From Terriglobia bacterium (GTDB lineage: Bacteria; Acidobacteriota; Terriglobia; Acidiferrales; UBA7541), in assembly GCA_963695545.1 (NCBI GenBank), contig OY968796.1, forward strand, positions 2,720,001-2,784,000: DNA of 64,000 nt, read 5' to 3'. A program made the translations under genes and the position numbers. The notes beneath the pieces were generated by a model, which ran no database searches, was not told where the DNA came from, and saw nothing but the letters and a program-made list of their open reading frames with translations. Positions 29,836 to 39,412 of this stretch are shown piece after piece. The stretch's first letter is position 1. The number at the start of each line of letters is the position of its first letter.

Positions 29836-31022
29836 AACGCACCATCGTAGTTGTGACGTCCTCCCGGGCCGACTATAGCCATTTGTATTGGCCGTTGCGA
29901 GATCTGTCTCGAACGGAATCGGTCGATCTCAGAATCGTAGCGCTCGGTCCCCACCTCTCGCCCGAATTTGGCAATACATTTCGGGAAATCGAAAAAGATG
30001 GCTTCACGATAGACGCGCGCGTCGAGTGTTTGCTCAGCTCCGATAGCGACATTGGAATGGCCAAAACGATCGGGGTCGCCACGCTGGGCCTTGCGGATTT
30101 GTTCGGCAAGATACGGCCGGATCTGCTTCTTTTGATCGCGGATCGATACGAGATGCTTGCCCCGGCATCCGTCGCGTTAGCTCTGCGGATTCCGATCGCG
30201 CACATCGAAGGCGGCGAGATCAGCGAAGGCGCAATCGACGATGCCGTGCGCAACGCTTTGACGAAGATGAGCCACATTCATTTCACGGCGACCGAAGCCG
30301 CACGTGAGCGCGTAATCGATATGGATGAAGAGGAATGGCGTGTTCACTGCGCGGGGGCGCCGTCTTTGGATCATCTCCGAAGGCGAACGCTCCTTGAGCG
30401 CGAGGAAATAGAATCTAAATTACGCGCGGATTTATCGCGGCCGACAATTCTGGTCGCCTACCATCCGGTCACTCTCGCGCGAGACACGCTTGAGGAAGCG
30501 GACGCCCTATTCGCGGCACTGGAAGAAATTCCGGAGCAGCTTCTATTCTGTTATCCGAATGCGGACGCCGGCAGCCGCGCGCTGATCGAGCGCACCAAAT
30601 CCTTTACCGAGTCTCGAGGATGCGGCGCCGTATTCACCAATCTTGACGCCGTCACTTATTGGAGCCTGTTGCGCGAAATATCTATGTTGGTGGGAAATTC
30701 CAGCAGCGGAATTATGGAAGCGGCGTCCTTCCGTCTCCCGACGGTGAATATAGGCATGCGACAGCAGGGAAGAGAACGCGCCAGGAACGTGCTCGACGCA
30801 GCAGCGAATAAAGCATCCATCTTGAAAGCGATAGAGATTGCTAAGACGCTTCAATTCCGCCAATCGCTTGTGGGCATGGTCAACCCATATGGCGACGGCC
30901 ACGCGTCCGAAAGAATCGTCGAGGTCTTGACCACAGTTCCGTTGAACAAGGACCTGCTGGTGAAGCGCCGCGCTGCGTCCGCGAAATCGCCGTCCGCCGC
31001 CAGAGTGAAGAGCGCGCCGTGA
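29832..31022 (+). CDS. neuC: UDP-N-acetylglucosamine 2-epimerase (hydrolysing), NeuC/LegG family
   Basis: TSSRADY, DRYEML, HIEGGEISEGAIDDAVRNALTKMSHIHF, GNSSSGI, RQQGRE and NPYGDG; ATGA coupling with the upstream gene. Confidence 0.88.
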   Translation: MKRTIVVVTSSRADYSHLYWPLRDLSRTESVDLRIVALGPHLSPEFGNTFREIEKDGFTIDARVECLLSSDSDIGMAKTIGVATLGLADLFGKIRPDLLLLIADRYEMLAPASVALALRIPIAHIEGGEISEGAIDDAVRNALTKMSHIHFTATEAARERVIDMDEEEWRVHCAGAPSLDHLRRRTLLEREEIESKLRADLSRPTILVAYHPVTLARDTLEEADALFAALEEIPEQLLFCYPNADAGSRALIERTKSFTESRGCGAVFTNLDAVTYWSLLREISMLVGNSSSGIMEAASFRLPTVNIGMRQQGRERARNVLDAAANKASILKAIEIAKTLQFRQSLVGMVNPYGDGHASERIVEVLTTVPLNKDLLVKRRAASAKSPSAARVKSAP

Positions 31023-32194
31023 AAATCCCTCTTTCCGCTCCCGATATACAAGAAGACGAGATCGAAGCGGTTGCCGGCGTGCTTCGCAGTCCGCGCCTGA
31101 GCATGGGGCCGAGGCTTGAAGAATTTGAAAGTGCGATCGCGCGCTACGTCGGCGCCGAGCATGCGATCGGCGTGAGTTCGGGTACGAGCGGCCTCCATCT
31201 TTCTGTGCGCGCGCTCGGAATCGGCGCGGGCGATGAAGTGATCGTTCCATCGTTCGCGTTCATCGCCGTGGCCAACGTGCTGCGCTATGAACACGCGATC
31301 CCGTTATTCGTAGACATCCAGCCGGCAACACTGAATCTCGATCCGTGCAGAATTGAAGCCGCGATCACCGCCCGCACCAAGGCCATCCTTGTCGTGCACA
31401 CTTTTGGGTGCCCCGCAGATTTAGCGGAGATCCTTGCGATCGCGCGGCGACATCATCTGCACGTGATTGAGGACGCATGCGAAGCCATCGGAGCCGAATA
31501 CGATGGCCGGAAGGTGGGCGTGTTCGGCGACGCGGGCGTCTTCGCGTTCTATCCCAATAAACAGGTCACGACCGGCGAAGGCGGAATGATCGTCACCGAC
31601 AATCCGGTGATAGCCTCCGCGGCGCGTGCGCTCCGCAATCAGGGCCGAGCCGAAACCGACAATTGGTTCCAGCACTCCGAAGTCGGCTACAACTATCGGT
31701 TGCCGGAAATGAGTTGCGCGCTGGGAATCGGTCAGCTCAAGCGAATTGATGCGATCCTATCGCGGCGCGAGGAAATCGCGAAAACCTACAACGAGAAACT
31801 GGGAGGGAACGAAAATCTGATACTTCCGCCGCTGAGTGTGCCGCGCCGCAAGATCAGTTGGTTCGTGTATGTCGTTCGGCTGTCAGAATATTTCTCACAA
31901 GGTCATCGCGATTGGATTGTGAAGGAGATGGATCGCCGCGGGATTTCGTGTGGCCGATATTTTGCGCCGATTCACCTCCAGCCGGCGTATCACGATGTGT
32001 TTGCGCCGCGCGCCGCGCTCAAAGTCACCGAGTATCAGGCGGCGCGCACAATCGCATTGCCCTTTTTCAATCGATTGCAAGAATGGCAGATCGACGAAGT
32101 GTGTAAGAACTTGAGCCAGCTGACGGATCAAGCCAGGAGAATAATTTCTTTGGACGAACCGGTTCTCAAATCAAGCGGTGCGTCGTTCGAGTGA
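31019..32194 (+). CDS. DegT/DnrJ/EryC1/StrS PLP-dependent sugar aminotransferase
   Basis: SSGTSGLHL, GDEVIVP, IEDACEA, FAFYPNKQVTTGEGG (PLP Lys) and GYNYRL. Confidence 0.93.
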   Translation: MKIPLSAPDIQEDEIEAVAGVLRSPRLSMGPRLEEFESAIARYVGAEHAIGVSSGTSGLHLSVRALGIGAGDEVIVPSFAFIAVANVLRYEHAIPLFVDIQPATLNLDPCRIEAAITARTKAILVVHTFGCPADLAEILAIARRHHLHVIEDACEAIGAEYDGRKVGVFGDAGVFAFYPNKQVTTGEGGMIVTDNPVIASAARALRNQGRAETDNWFQHSEVGYNYRLPEMSCALGIGQLKRIDAILSRREEIAKTYNEKLGGNENLILPPLSVPRRKISWFVYVVRLSEYFSQGHRDWIVKEMDRRGISCGRYFAPIHLQPAYHDVFAPRAALKVTEYQAARTIALPFFNRLQEWQIDEVCKNLSQLTDQARRIISLDEPVLKSSGASFE

Positions 32195-32384
32195 TTCTCG
32201 GCGGGTGGCGCCGCGGTGGAGAGACTGGGCCAGCGCGCTACAATGGCCCGCCATTTGCCCTGCACCGCCGGGCGAGCAAAACGTGCTGGCGGGCGCCGCA
32301 AGCCGCTCGCTTGCCAACTGGCGACGTTTCGCGCGCCGATGTATATTCTGATTGAGCTGGAAGCGATCAGAATCCCTATCATTC

Positions 32385-33473
32385 ATGCGAATCCTCGCGG
32401 CCATTGTCGGATGCTTCTTGCTCGTCACGGTTATCGTCGATTCGTTCCAGACCGTGATTCTCGCGCGGCGCGCGAATCGCAAGTGGCGCATCACGCGCGC
32501 TTTTTATCTCTCCACGTGGACGATTTTTTCCGCCATCGCGCGGCGCATCAAGCTCGACCGGCGCCGCGAGACCTACCTGGGCGTTTTCGGCGCGCTCTCG
32601 CTGGTCTCTCTATTCGCACTTTGGGCGTGCGGGCTGATTCTCGCGTTTGCGCTGATGCAGTGGGCTGCGCACGGGCAATTGCTCGACGCCTCCACCAGTT
32701 TTGGAAATGCTTTGTACTTCAGCGCGGCGACGTTTTTCACTCTGGGGTCGCCCGTGTCCGGAAGTTTCTGGGTGAAACTCCTGACGGTTTCCGAGGTCGG
32801 CCTCGGATATAGCTTCCTTGCACTGGTGATCAGCTACCTCCCGGTGTTCTACGGTTCGTTTTCGCAGCGCGAGCTGCGCATTTCGCTTCTCGATGCGCGC
32901 GCCGGCTCGCCTCCCGTGACGAGCGAGCTCTTGCTTCGGCAAGGCGTCAACCCCGACAAGTTCGAGCGGCAGCTTGCCGATTGGGAGGAGTGGGGCGCGG
33001 AGCTTCTCGAAAGCCATCTTTCCTACCCGGTGCTGGCTTATTTTCGCTCGCAGCACTCGAACCAATCCTGGCTAGCCACGCTGACCACAATTGTCGACGC
33101 GAGCGCCGTGGTCATGATCACGGCCAAAGGCGATTTGCGTCAGCAGGCCGAGGTCACGTTCGCCATCGGGCAGCACGCCCTGAAGGATTTGACGGCCGTC
33201 TTCCGCAAGACGCCGCGAGCGCCGCATTCCGATCGCTTGCCAGAGGAGGATTTCGCGCGGCTGCGGACCGCGCTGGCCGCGGGACCCGTTCCTTTGCAGT
33301 TCGACGACACCTCCGAAGACAAATTGCGAAATCTGAGAGCGGCTTATGAGCCGTACGCATACACTCTCTCTCTCCATTTTATGATGTTGCTTCCGAGCTG
33401 GGTTCCGGGCGGCGTGGTTCATCACAATTGGCAAATAGACTCCCCGGCGCGGCCGGCGCTGTTCCGGGCGTAA
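32385..33473 (+). CDS. Two-TM potassium-channel-like (Ion_trans_2) membrane protein
   Basis: ALYFSAATFFTLG pore helix; LVISYLP...FSQRE and LDARAGSPP; ESHLSYPVLAYFRSQH. Confidence 0.75.
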   Translation: MRILAAIVGCFLLVTVIVDSFQTVILARRANRKWRITRAFYLSTWTIFSAIARRIKLDRRRETYLGVFGALSLVSLFALWACGLILAFALMQWAAHGQLLDASTSFGNALYFSAATFFTLGSPVSGSFWVKLLTVSEVGLGYSFLALVISYLPVFYGSFSQRELRISLLDARAGSPPVTSELLLRQGVNPDKFERQLADWEEWGAELLESHLSYPVLAYFRSQHSNQSWLATLTTIVDASAVVMITAKGDLRQQAEVTFAIGQHALKDLTAVFRKTPRAPHSDRLPEEDFARLRTALAAGPVPLQFDDTSEDKLRNLRAAYEPYAYTLSLHFMMLLPSWVPGGVVHHNWQIDSPARPALFRA

Positions 33474-33490
33474 ATCGAATCGAGCGCATC

Positions 33491-34228
33491 GTGGCCGAAG
33501 CTACAGAAAATAATCCCACGGCGGATAATCCGCCAATCGATCAGTTGAAGCTGGCCGCCGCTAACGCGGCCGTCGCGCAACTCGAAAGCGGCATGATCGT
33601 CGGCCTCGGATCGGGGTCGACCGCGACGCTGGCCATCGGCGCGATGGGCAAGCGCGTTGCGGAAGAAGGTCTGCGAATCATTGGAATTCCCACGTCAGAG
33701 AAATCGGCCGCGCTAGCGCGTCGCGTGGATATTCCTTTGACCACGTTGGGCGAACATCCGCGAATCGACGTGACCATCGACGGCGCAGACGAAGTCGAGG
33801 TGGGCGCGCTCAATTTGATCAAAGGCGGTGGCGGAGATCTTCTGCGCGAAAAAATTGTGGCGAGTGCGAGCGCGCGATTGGTGATTATCGTCGACGAGAC
33901 AAAATTGGTCGATCGGCTGGGCCGGCGCTTCGCGGTGCCGGTTGAAGTCGAACCATTTGGTTGGCAATCCACGGCCATCCATTTGAAGCGATTGCGCGCG
34001 GATCCCACGCTGCGCCTCGCGCCCGATGGCCGAACCTTCGTGACCGATGGCGGTCACTACATTCTGGACATGGCGTTTGGACCGATCGAATCGCCAGCGA
34101 CCCTCGATGAAAGCTTGAACAACATCGTCGGCGTCATGGAGCACGGCCTGTTCATCGGCCTGGCATCGCAAGTGATCGTCGGCAGCTCGAAGGGCGTCCG
34201 AATGTTGTTTCGCTCGGGCGCGAAGTAA
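33491..34228 (+). CDS. rpiA: Ribose-5-phosphate isomerase A
   Basis: GLGSGST, IDGADEV, IKGGGG.LLREKIV, VPVEV and EHGLF. Confidence 0.95.
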   Translation: MAEATENNPTADNPPIDQLKLAAANAAVAQLESGMIVGLGSGSTATLAIGAMGKRVAEEGLRIIGIPTSEKSAALARRVDIPLTTLGEHPRIDVTIDGADEVEVGALNLIKGGGGDLLREKIVASASARLVIIVDETKLVDRLGRRFAVPVEVEPFGWQSTAIHLKRLRADPTLRLAPDGRTFVTDGGHYILDMAFGPIESPATLDESLNNIVGVMEHGLFIGLASQVIVGSSKGVRMLFRSGAK

Positions 34229-34294
34229 TGAGAAGCGCTCCCTCGCCCAGTGCGATCATCAGAGAAATGTTGCGCGCGGACGTTCGCAGCAGAG

Positions 34295-35272
34295 CTATGC
34301 GCCAGCCTCGCTCGCATTTGCTTCCGCTTCTTCCTCCTGCTTGGGCGCCTCGAGTGGAAAGCCCCGCCGACGCCACGCGTCCAAGCCGTCGGCCAGCGGA
34401 CGAATCTGCGTGATTCCCAGCGCGCGGAGCCGAAGCGCGACGCGGGCGGACGTCGCTTCATTCGGGCAGCTGCAAAACACCACGATCTCGCGATCGCGCG
34501 GAATCACTTCAAAGGCTTCCTCGAGATCCGCTGCGTCCATCTGTACAGCGCCCGGAATTGTCAGCGGTTCGGCCTCAACTTCTAGCGCGGATCGCAGATC
34601 CACGATCACCACGTCCTCGCCCGAATCCATTCGATGCTTTAGTTCGTCCGCGGTGATCCGCGCGATCCGCAAGTTGTTCAGAAACCGCTGACGGTTGAAA
34701 TATTTAAATCCGATGTATCCGCCCAGCGCGGCAAGCAGCAGCACAAATAGCCCGCTGCCCAGGAACGCGAGATGAACCGCAACCCGTTCGAGTTCGCCGC
34801 TGAACAAGTAACCCGTGCCGATATACGCGGTCGCCCAGAGAATGGCCCCAAGCCCCTGGAACACCACGAATCGCTGCCAGCGCATGTGACTGATCCCCGA
34901 CAGCGGTGCCGCCACCGAGTTCAGTCCCGGAACAAATTTGGCGACGAGCAATGCCCGCGCGCCGCGGCGGGCGAACGTCGTCTGTGTTTTGCGCACGCAC
35001 GAGTCCGGTTCCAGGGAAATCCGGCAGATCAGCTTAAGAACGCCCACACCACGCCTGCGTCCAAGCACGTACCAACCGTAGTCGGCCGTCGTTGCGGCCA
35101 CTATCGCCAGGGCCGCGACGGCGTACACATTCATGCGATGAGTTCCCGCGAGCGCGCCGGCAGCGAGCAATAGGGGACCGGCGGGTATCGGCAAACCCGC
35201 TTGCTCGACGAATACCCACACAAAAAGAAGCCAGTAGCCGTGCCGAACCAGAAATTCGAGTATTTCGTTCAT
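34295..35272 (-). CDS. DedA/VTT membrane protein fused to a rhodanese domain
   Basis: EQAGLPIPA, CRISLEPDSCV and AKFVPG (DedA); IVDLR, IPGA, CSCPNEATSA and GLDAW (rhodanese). Confidence 0.9.
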   Translation of the reverse strand: MNEILEFLVRHGYWLLFVWVFVEQAGLPIPAGPLLLAAGALAGTHRMNVYAVAALAIVAATTADYGWYVLGRRRGVGVLKLICRISLEPDSCVRKTQTTFARRGARALLVAKFVPGLNSVAAPLSGISHMRWQRFVVFQGLGAILWATAYIGTGYLFSGELERVAVHLAFLGSGLFVLLLAALGGYIGFKYFNRQRFLNNLRIARITADELKHRMDSGEDVVIVDLRSALEVEAEPLTIPGAVQMDAADLEEAFEVIPRDREIVVFCSCPNEATSARVALRLRALGITQIRPLADGLDAWRRRGFPLEAPKQEEEAEANASEAGA

Positions 35273-35601
35273 TTGCGATGAAGCCTTTCTTGCTCCGTCG
35301 CGTTTCCTTCGCTGCTACCGCCATCGCCGCGATACGTACGCGGAAATCCGCGCGCGCGATGAGCAAGCGCCGGACTAATCAGGCTTTCGACAGATAGCAT
35401 ATTCTTCCAAGGAAGACGAGCGATTGACGAACGTCCGCGATGCGGCAGCCCAGGTGGGTTCGCGGGGCCGCAACTTTTCGGCAAATTACGGACCGCGACA
35501 TTCACGCCCGAAACAGATACCCAGTTTCCTGCCAGATGCAGGATAATGGAAGCAGCCGCGGCAATTCTGATTTGCGCGCGTGAGCAGACCTACTAAACCG
35601 C

Positions 35602-37377
35602 ATGCCACCCAAAGATAAACCGGAACAATTACGCAGCTTTCGCTGGTTCGGCGGCAAGTCGATGACCGACTTCATGCATCGTTCTCGGATGCAGCAACTA
35701 GGATTTCGCCCGGAAGATTTTGTCGGCAAGCCACTGATCGCGATCATCAACACCTGGAGCGAAATGAATCCGTGCAACGCGCATCTGCGCGAGCGCGCGG
35801 AAGCGGTGAAGCGCGGCGTCTGGCAGGCGGGCGGCTTTCCGGTGGAAATTCCGGCGTTCTCGATTCCCGAACCCTACATGAAGCCGAGTCCCATGATGTA
35901 CCGCAATCTTCTGGCGATGGAGACCGAGGAAGCGTTGCGTAGCCAGCCGGTGGACGGCGCAGTGCTCATGGGCGGTTGCGATAAAACGACGCCGGGTTTG
36001 CTGATGGGCGCGATCAGCGTGAATTTGCCTGCCATTTATTTGCCCGGCGGACCGATGCTTCGCGGCAATTGGGAAGGTCAGCCGCTCGGCAGCGGAACCG
36101 ATCTCCGCAAATTCTGGACCGAGCGCTGCGCCGGCACGATCAGCGAGCAACAATGGAACGATATGGAGGCCGGCATCGCGCGCTCGCCCGGCTTTTGCAT
36201 GACCATGGGCACTGCGTCGACGATGACGGCGCTCGCCGAAGCGCTGGGCGTCACGCTGCCTGGCGCATCCTCGATTCCCGCGCCCGACTCGAATCACACG
36301 CGCATGGCCATGAATTGCGGCCAGCGCATCGTCGAAATGGTTTGGGCCGACGCGCTGCCGAAAGATATTCTTACGCGGAAAGCATTCGAGAACGCCATCA
36401 CCGTGGATATGGCCATCGGCGGATCGACGAACGCCATCATTCATCTTGTCGCCATGGCAGGCCGTTGCGGATTGCCGCTCGAGTTGTCTCTGTTCGATCG
36501 CATCTCGCAGCGCGTTCCCGTGCTCGCCAACATTCGCCCGTCCGGCGCGTTCCTGATGGAGGATTTCTACTACGCCGGCGGCCTTCGCGCGTTGATGTCC
36601 GAGATAGAAGACCTGCTGCATCTTGACTGCATGACGGTGAACGGCAAAACGCTGGGCGAAAATCTCGCCGGTGCGAAAGTGATCAATCGCGAAGTCATTC
36701 GGCCGCGCGGCAATCCGCTTTCGCCGACCGGCGGCACGGCGATTCTTTACGGCAGCCTGGCTCCAGACGGCGCCGTGCTGAAAACTTCCGCAGCCACGCC
36801 GCGCTTGCTGAAACATACCGGACCCGCCGTGGTGTTCAAGAATTACAATGACTTGGAAGCGCGCATCGACTGCGAAGATCTCGACGTGACTGAAGATTCT
36901 GTGCTCGTGTTGCAGAGCGCCGGTCCGTTGGGTGGACCGGGGATGCCGGAATGGGGCATGCTGCCGATCCCCAAGAAGCTTTTACTCAAAGGCGTGCGCG
37001 ATATGGTGCGCATTTCCGATGCGCGCATGAGCGGCACGGCTTACGGTACCTGCGTTCTGCACGTCTCGCCGGAAAGTTTCATCGGCGGGCCGCTGGCGTT
37101 TGTGCAAGATGGTGATCTCATCTCGCTCGACGCCGACGCGCGACGCCTCGATCTGCTTGTCGCCGAAAAGGAATTGGCGGCTCGCCGCGCGAAATGGGTC
37201 AAGCCTCAAGCCAGGTTCGGTCGCGGCTATGGCGCGTTGTACGCGGAGCGCGTTACGCAGGCCAACCTGGGCTGCGATTTCGATTTCCTCGAGGCGGGCG
37301 CCGAACCGAGCGCGGAGATGGACGACGACCAGCCCGTAAGCCGACGCACCGACACGCGCGAACCCGAGATCCACTAG
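35602..37377 (+). CDS. IlvD/Edd-family sugar-acid dehydratase (L-arabinonate dehydratase-like)
   Basis: NPCNAHL, GGCDKTTP, CMTMGTASTM, GGSTNA, GPGMPE, RISDARMSGT and C-terminal EPEIH. Confidence 0.9.
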   Translation: MPPKDKPEQLRSFRWFGGKSMTDFMHRSRMQQLGFRPEDFVGKPLIAIINTWSEMNPCNAHLRERAEAVKRGVWQAGGFPVEIPAFSIPEPYMKPSPMMYRNLLAMETEEALRSQPVDGAVLMGGCDKTTPGLLMGAISVNLPAIYLPGGPMLRGNWEGQPLGSGTDLRKFWTERCAGTISEQQWNDMEAGIARSPGFCMTMGTASTMTALAEALGVTLPGASSIPAPDSNHTRMAMNCGQRIVEMVWADALPKDILTRKAFENAITVDMAIGGSTNAIIHLVAMAGRCGLPLELSLFDRISQRVPVLANIRPSGAFLMEDFYYAGGLRALMSEIEDLLHLDCMTVNGKTLGENLAGAKVINREVIRPRGNPLSPTGGTAILYGSLAPDGAVLKTSAATPRLLKHTGPAVVFKNYNDLEARIDCEDLDVTEDSVLVLQSAGPLGGPGMPEWGMLPIPKKLLLKGVRDMVRISDARMSGTAYGTCVLHVSPESFIGGPLAFVQDGDLISLDADARRLDLLVAEKELAARRAKWVKPQARFGRGYGALYAERVTQANLGCDFDFLEAGAEPSAEMDDDQPVSRRTDTREPEIH

Positions 37378-37493
37378 GCCGCAGGACTATGCGCAGCGCG
37401 TTGCCCCAACGCGCGCGGCACCGTGATTGCCTCAACGGCTCTGGGCTTGATATCGGCGGTGCGATTTGGTGCAGAGTGGTGTATACTTGCTCC

Positions 37494-37751
37494 ATGAACG
37501 CTTCGCAGAAATCTGTACGCCAGAGCATTTCACTTCCTTCGGATCTGGCCACGAAGGTACGCAAGCTGGCGAAAAATCAGCGAACCAGCACCAATCATGT
37601 GCTTGTGGACCTTATTGAGACCGGCATCGACTCCAAAGAAAACCAGCGGCGCAGATTCTTCGATCTCGCCGATCGGTTGAGCGCGTCATCCGATCCGGCT
37701 GAGCGAAAACGCATTAAGAAAGACTTGGCGCGCCTGACGTTCGGGGAATAG
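37494..37751 (+). CDS. Small ribbon-helix-helix-like DNA-binding protein (putative antitoxin)
   Basis: 85 aa; RQSISLP strand followed by two helices; ATG 6 nt after a TATACT -10 box (37482-37487), consistent with a leaderless mRNA. Confidence 0.65.
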   Translation: MNASQKSVRQSISLPSDLATKVRKLAKNQRTSTNHVLVDLIETGIDSKENQRRRFFDLADRLSASSDPAERKRIKKDLARLTFGE

Positions 37752-37994
37752 ATGCCCCGGATTCAGTGGACCGATTTGCCGCCAGCGCTGCGCGATCATC
37801 TCTTTGAGCGTCTTCGCGAGCGCAAGATAACCGCGGCGGATTTGTACCAACTGAGACTTTGGCGCGAATCGGAACCTGAGGCGCCGGAAGGCCCGTGGTT
37901 CAAGGACTTCGGTTCGTTCAAGATTTGCGGCTACGGGAAATATCCGAAAACCTTCCTCCTGCGCGGCCAACCGGCTAAAGGTCAGAAACTCTAA
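37752..37994 (+). CDS. Small basic hypothetical protein (putative toxin partner)
   Basis: 80 aa, directly abutting the upstream stop (TAG-ATG); MPRIQWTDLP...HLFERLRER...WFKDFGSFKICG...PKTFL. Confidence 0.6.
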   Translation: MPRIQWTDLPPALRDHLFERLRERKITAADLYQLRLWRESEPEAPEGPWFKDFGSFKICGYGKYPKTFLLRGQPAKGQKL

Positions 37995-38052
37995 GCGCGG
38001 CCGGGAAATCGCGTTGTGGTGTTGTAGGGAATGACTTCAATATTCGGCGTGT

Positions 38053-39396
38053 TCACGATATCCCCATGCGCTCCTGCAATTGCTCGAGCGAGGCTTGCTT
38101 GGTTTCGGGAAACAAAAACAGAACCACGAAGAATTGCACCACCATCATCGCCGCGAAAAACACGAACGGGTATGCGCCCGATCGTTGCGCAACGATCGGA
38201 AACCCGAACGATAGCAGCGCGTTCATCACCCAATGTGCGCCGGCGCCAAGGCTCTGGCCCTTGCCGCGCACGCGCGTGGGAAAAATCTCGCTGAGGTAAA
38301 CCCAAATCACCGATCCCTGTGAGATCGCGAAGAACGCGATGTAGATTACCAGCAGCCACACCAAATATTGCGCGTGACGATGCGTGAAAAATACCGCCGC
38401 CACTCCGCCGAGACACGCTGCCGTGCCCACCGAGCCAACCAGCAGAAGACGCTTCCGGCCAACGCGATCGATCAGCGTCATGGCGAAAAGCGTGGCGAGC
38501 AGATTCATGCCGCCGATAGCGACGGCCTGCAAATTGCTCGAGACGCGGCTAAAACCCGCGGCCGCGAAAATGTCGTTGAGGTAGTACAGAATCGCGTTGA
38601 TGCCGGTGAATTGATTGAACACGCCGATCGTGATGGCCAGGAAAATCGGCGTGCCGTATTTCAGTTTGCCGCCAACGCGCCTGAACAGCGGCTCGTTGCG
38701 CGTGATGCGTTCCGCTTCGATCGATTCGCGAATCTCCGCAAGCTCAGCGTGCGCGTCGGGCGAACCCATCAGTTCAAGCACAGCCAGCGCCTCGGCCATG
38801 CGGTCCTGTGTGGCGAGCCATCGCGAGCTGCGCGGAATGCCAAACAAGAGCAGAAGAAAAAGCAGAGAAGGGATCGCCGCCACGCCGAGTTCCCATCTCC
38901 ACTCGACGGCGCCAAGATGCGCGAGGCCGATCAAATAGTTGGAAAAATAGGCGAGCAGAATCCCAACCACGATGTTGATTTGAAATGTGCCGACCAGTCT
39001 CCCGCGCAGTCGCGGCGGCGCGAGTTCCGCGATGTACACCGGACACAGAACCGACGATCCTCCGATTCCCAGGCCGCCGAGAAAGCGCGCGGCGAGAAAT
39101 GCGTGCCAACTCCACGCGAACGCGCAGCCGAGCGAGCACACCAGATAAAGCACCGCCATCCATCGCATCATCTCGCGCGAGCCGTATCTCTGCGCCAGCG
39201 TACCCACGCATAGGCAGCCGATTACAGTTCCCCAAAGCGCGATGGAGACCGTGAATCCAAGTTGCGCGGGACTGAGGCGATAAACGCGAGTGAGTGCCGC
39301 GGTTGTGCCGGAGATCACGGCGGTGTCGAAGCCGAAAAGCAGGCCGCCGAGCGCGCCTACGAACGTGCTTCTAACAACGTAACGGTTCAACGCCAC
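38053..39396 (-). CDS. Sugar porter family MFS transporter (XylE/GalP-like)
   Basis: GGLLFGFDTAVISG, YIAELAP..RGRL, FNQFTGINAILYY, IDRVGRK, SEIFP and PETK; GTG start at 39396 after GGAG. Confidence 0.93.
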   Translation of the reverse strand: MALNRYVVRSTFVGALGGLLFGFDTAVISGTTAALTRVYRLSPAQLGFTVSIALWGTVIGCLCVGTLAQRYGSREMMRWMAVLYLVCSLGCAFAWSWHAFLAARFLGGLGIGGSSVLCPVYIAELAPPRLRGRLVGTFQINIVVGILLAYFSNYLIGLAHLGAVEWRWELGVAAIPSLLFLLLLFGIPRSSRWLATQDRMAEALAVLELMGSPDAHAELAEIRESIEAERITRNEPLFRRVGGKLKYGTPIFLAITIGVFNQFTGINAILYYLNDIFAAAGFSRVSSNLQAVAIGGMNLLATLFAMTLIDRVGRKRLLLVGSVGTAACLGGVAAVFFTHRHAQYLVWLLVIYIAFFAISQGSVIWVYLSEIFPTRVRGKGQSLGAGAHWVMNALLSFGFPIVAQRSGAYPFVFFAAMMVVQFFVVLFLFPETKQASLEQLQERMGIS

Positions 39397-39412
39397 TCGC
39401 TCGTCTCCCGTT

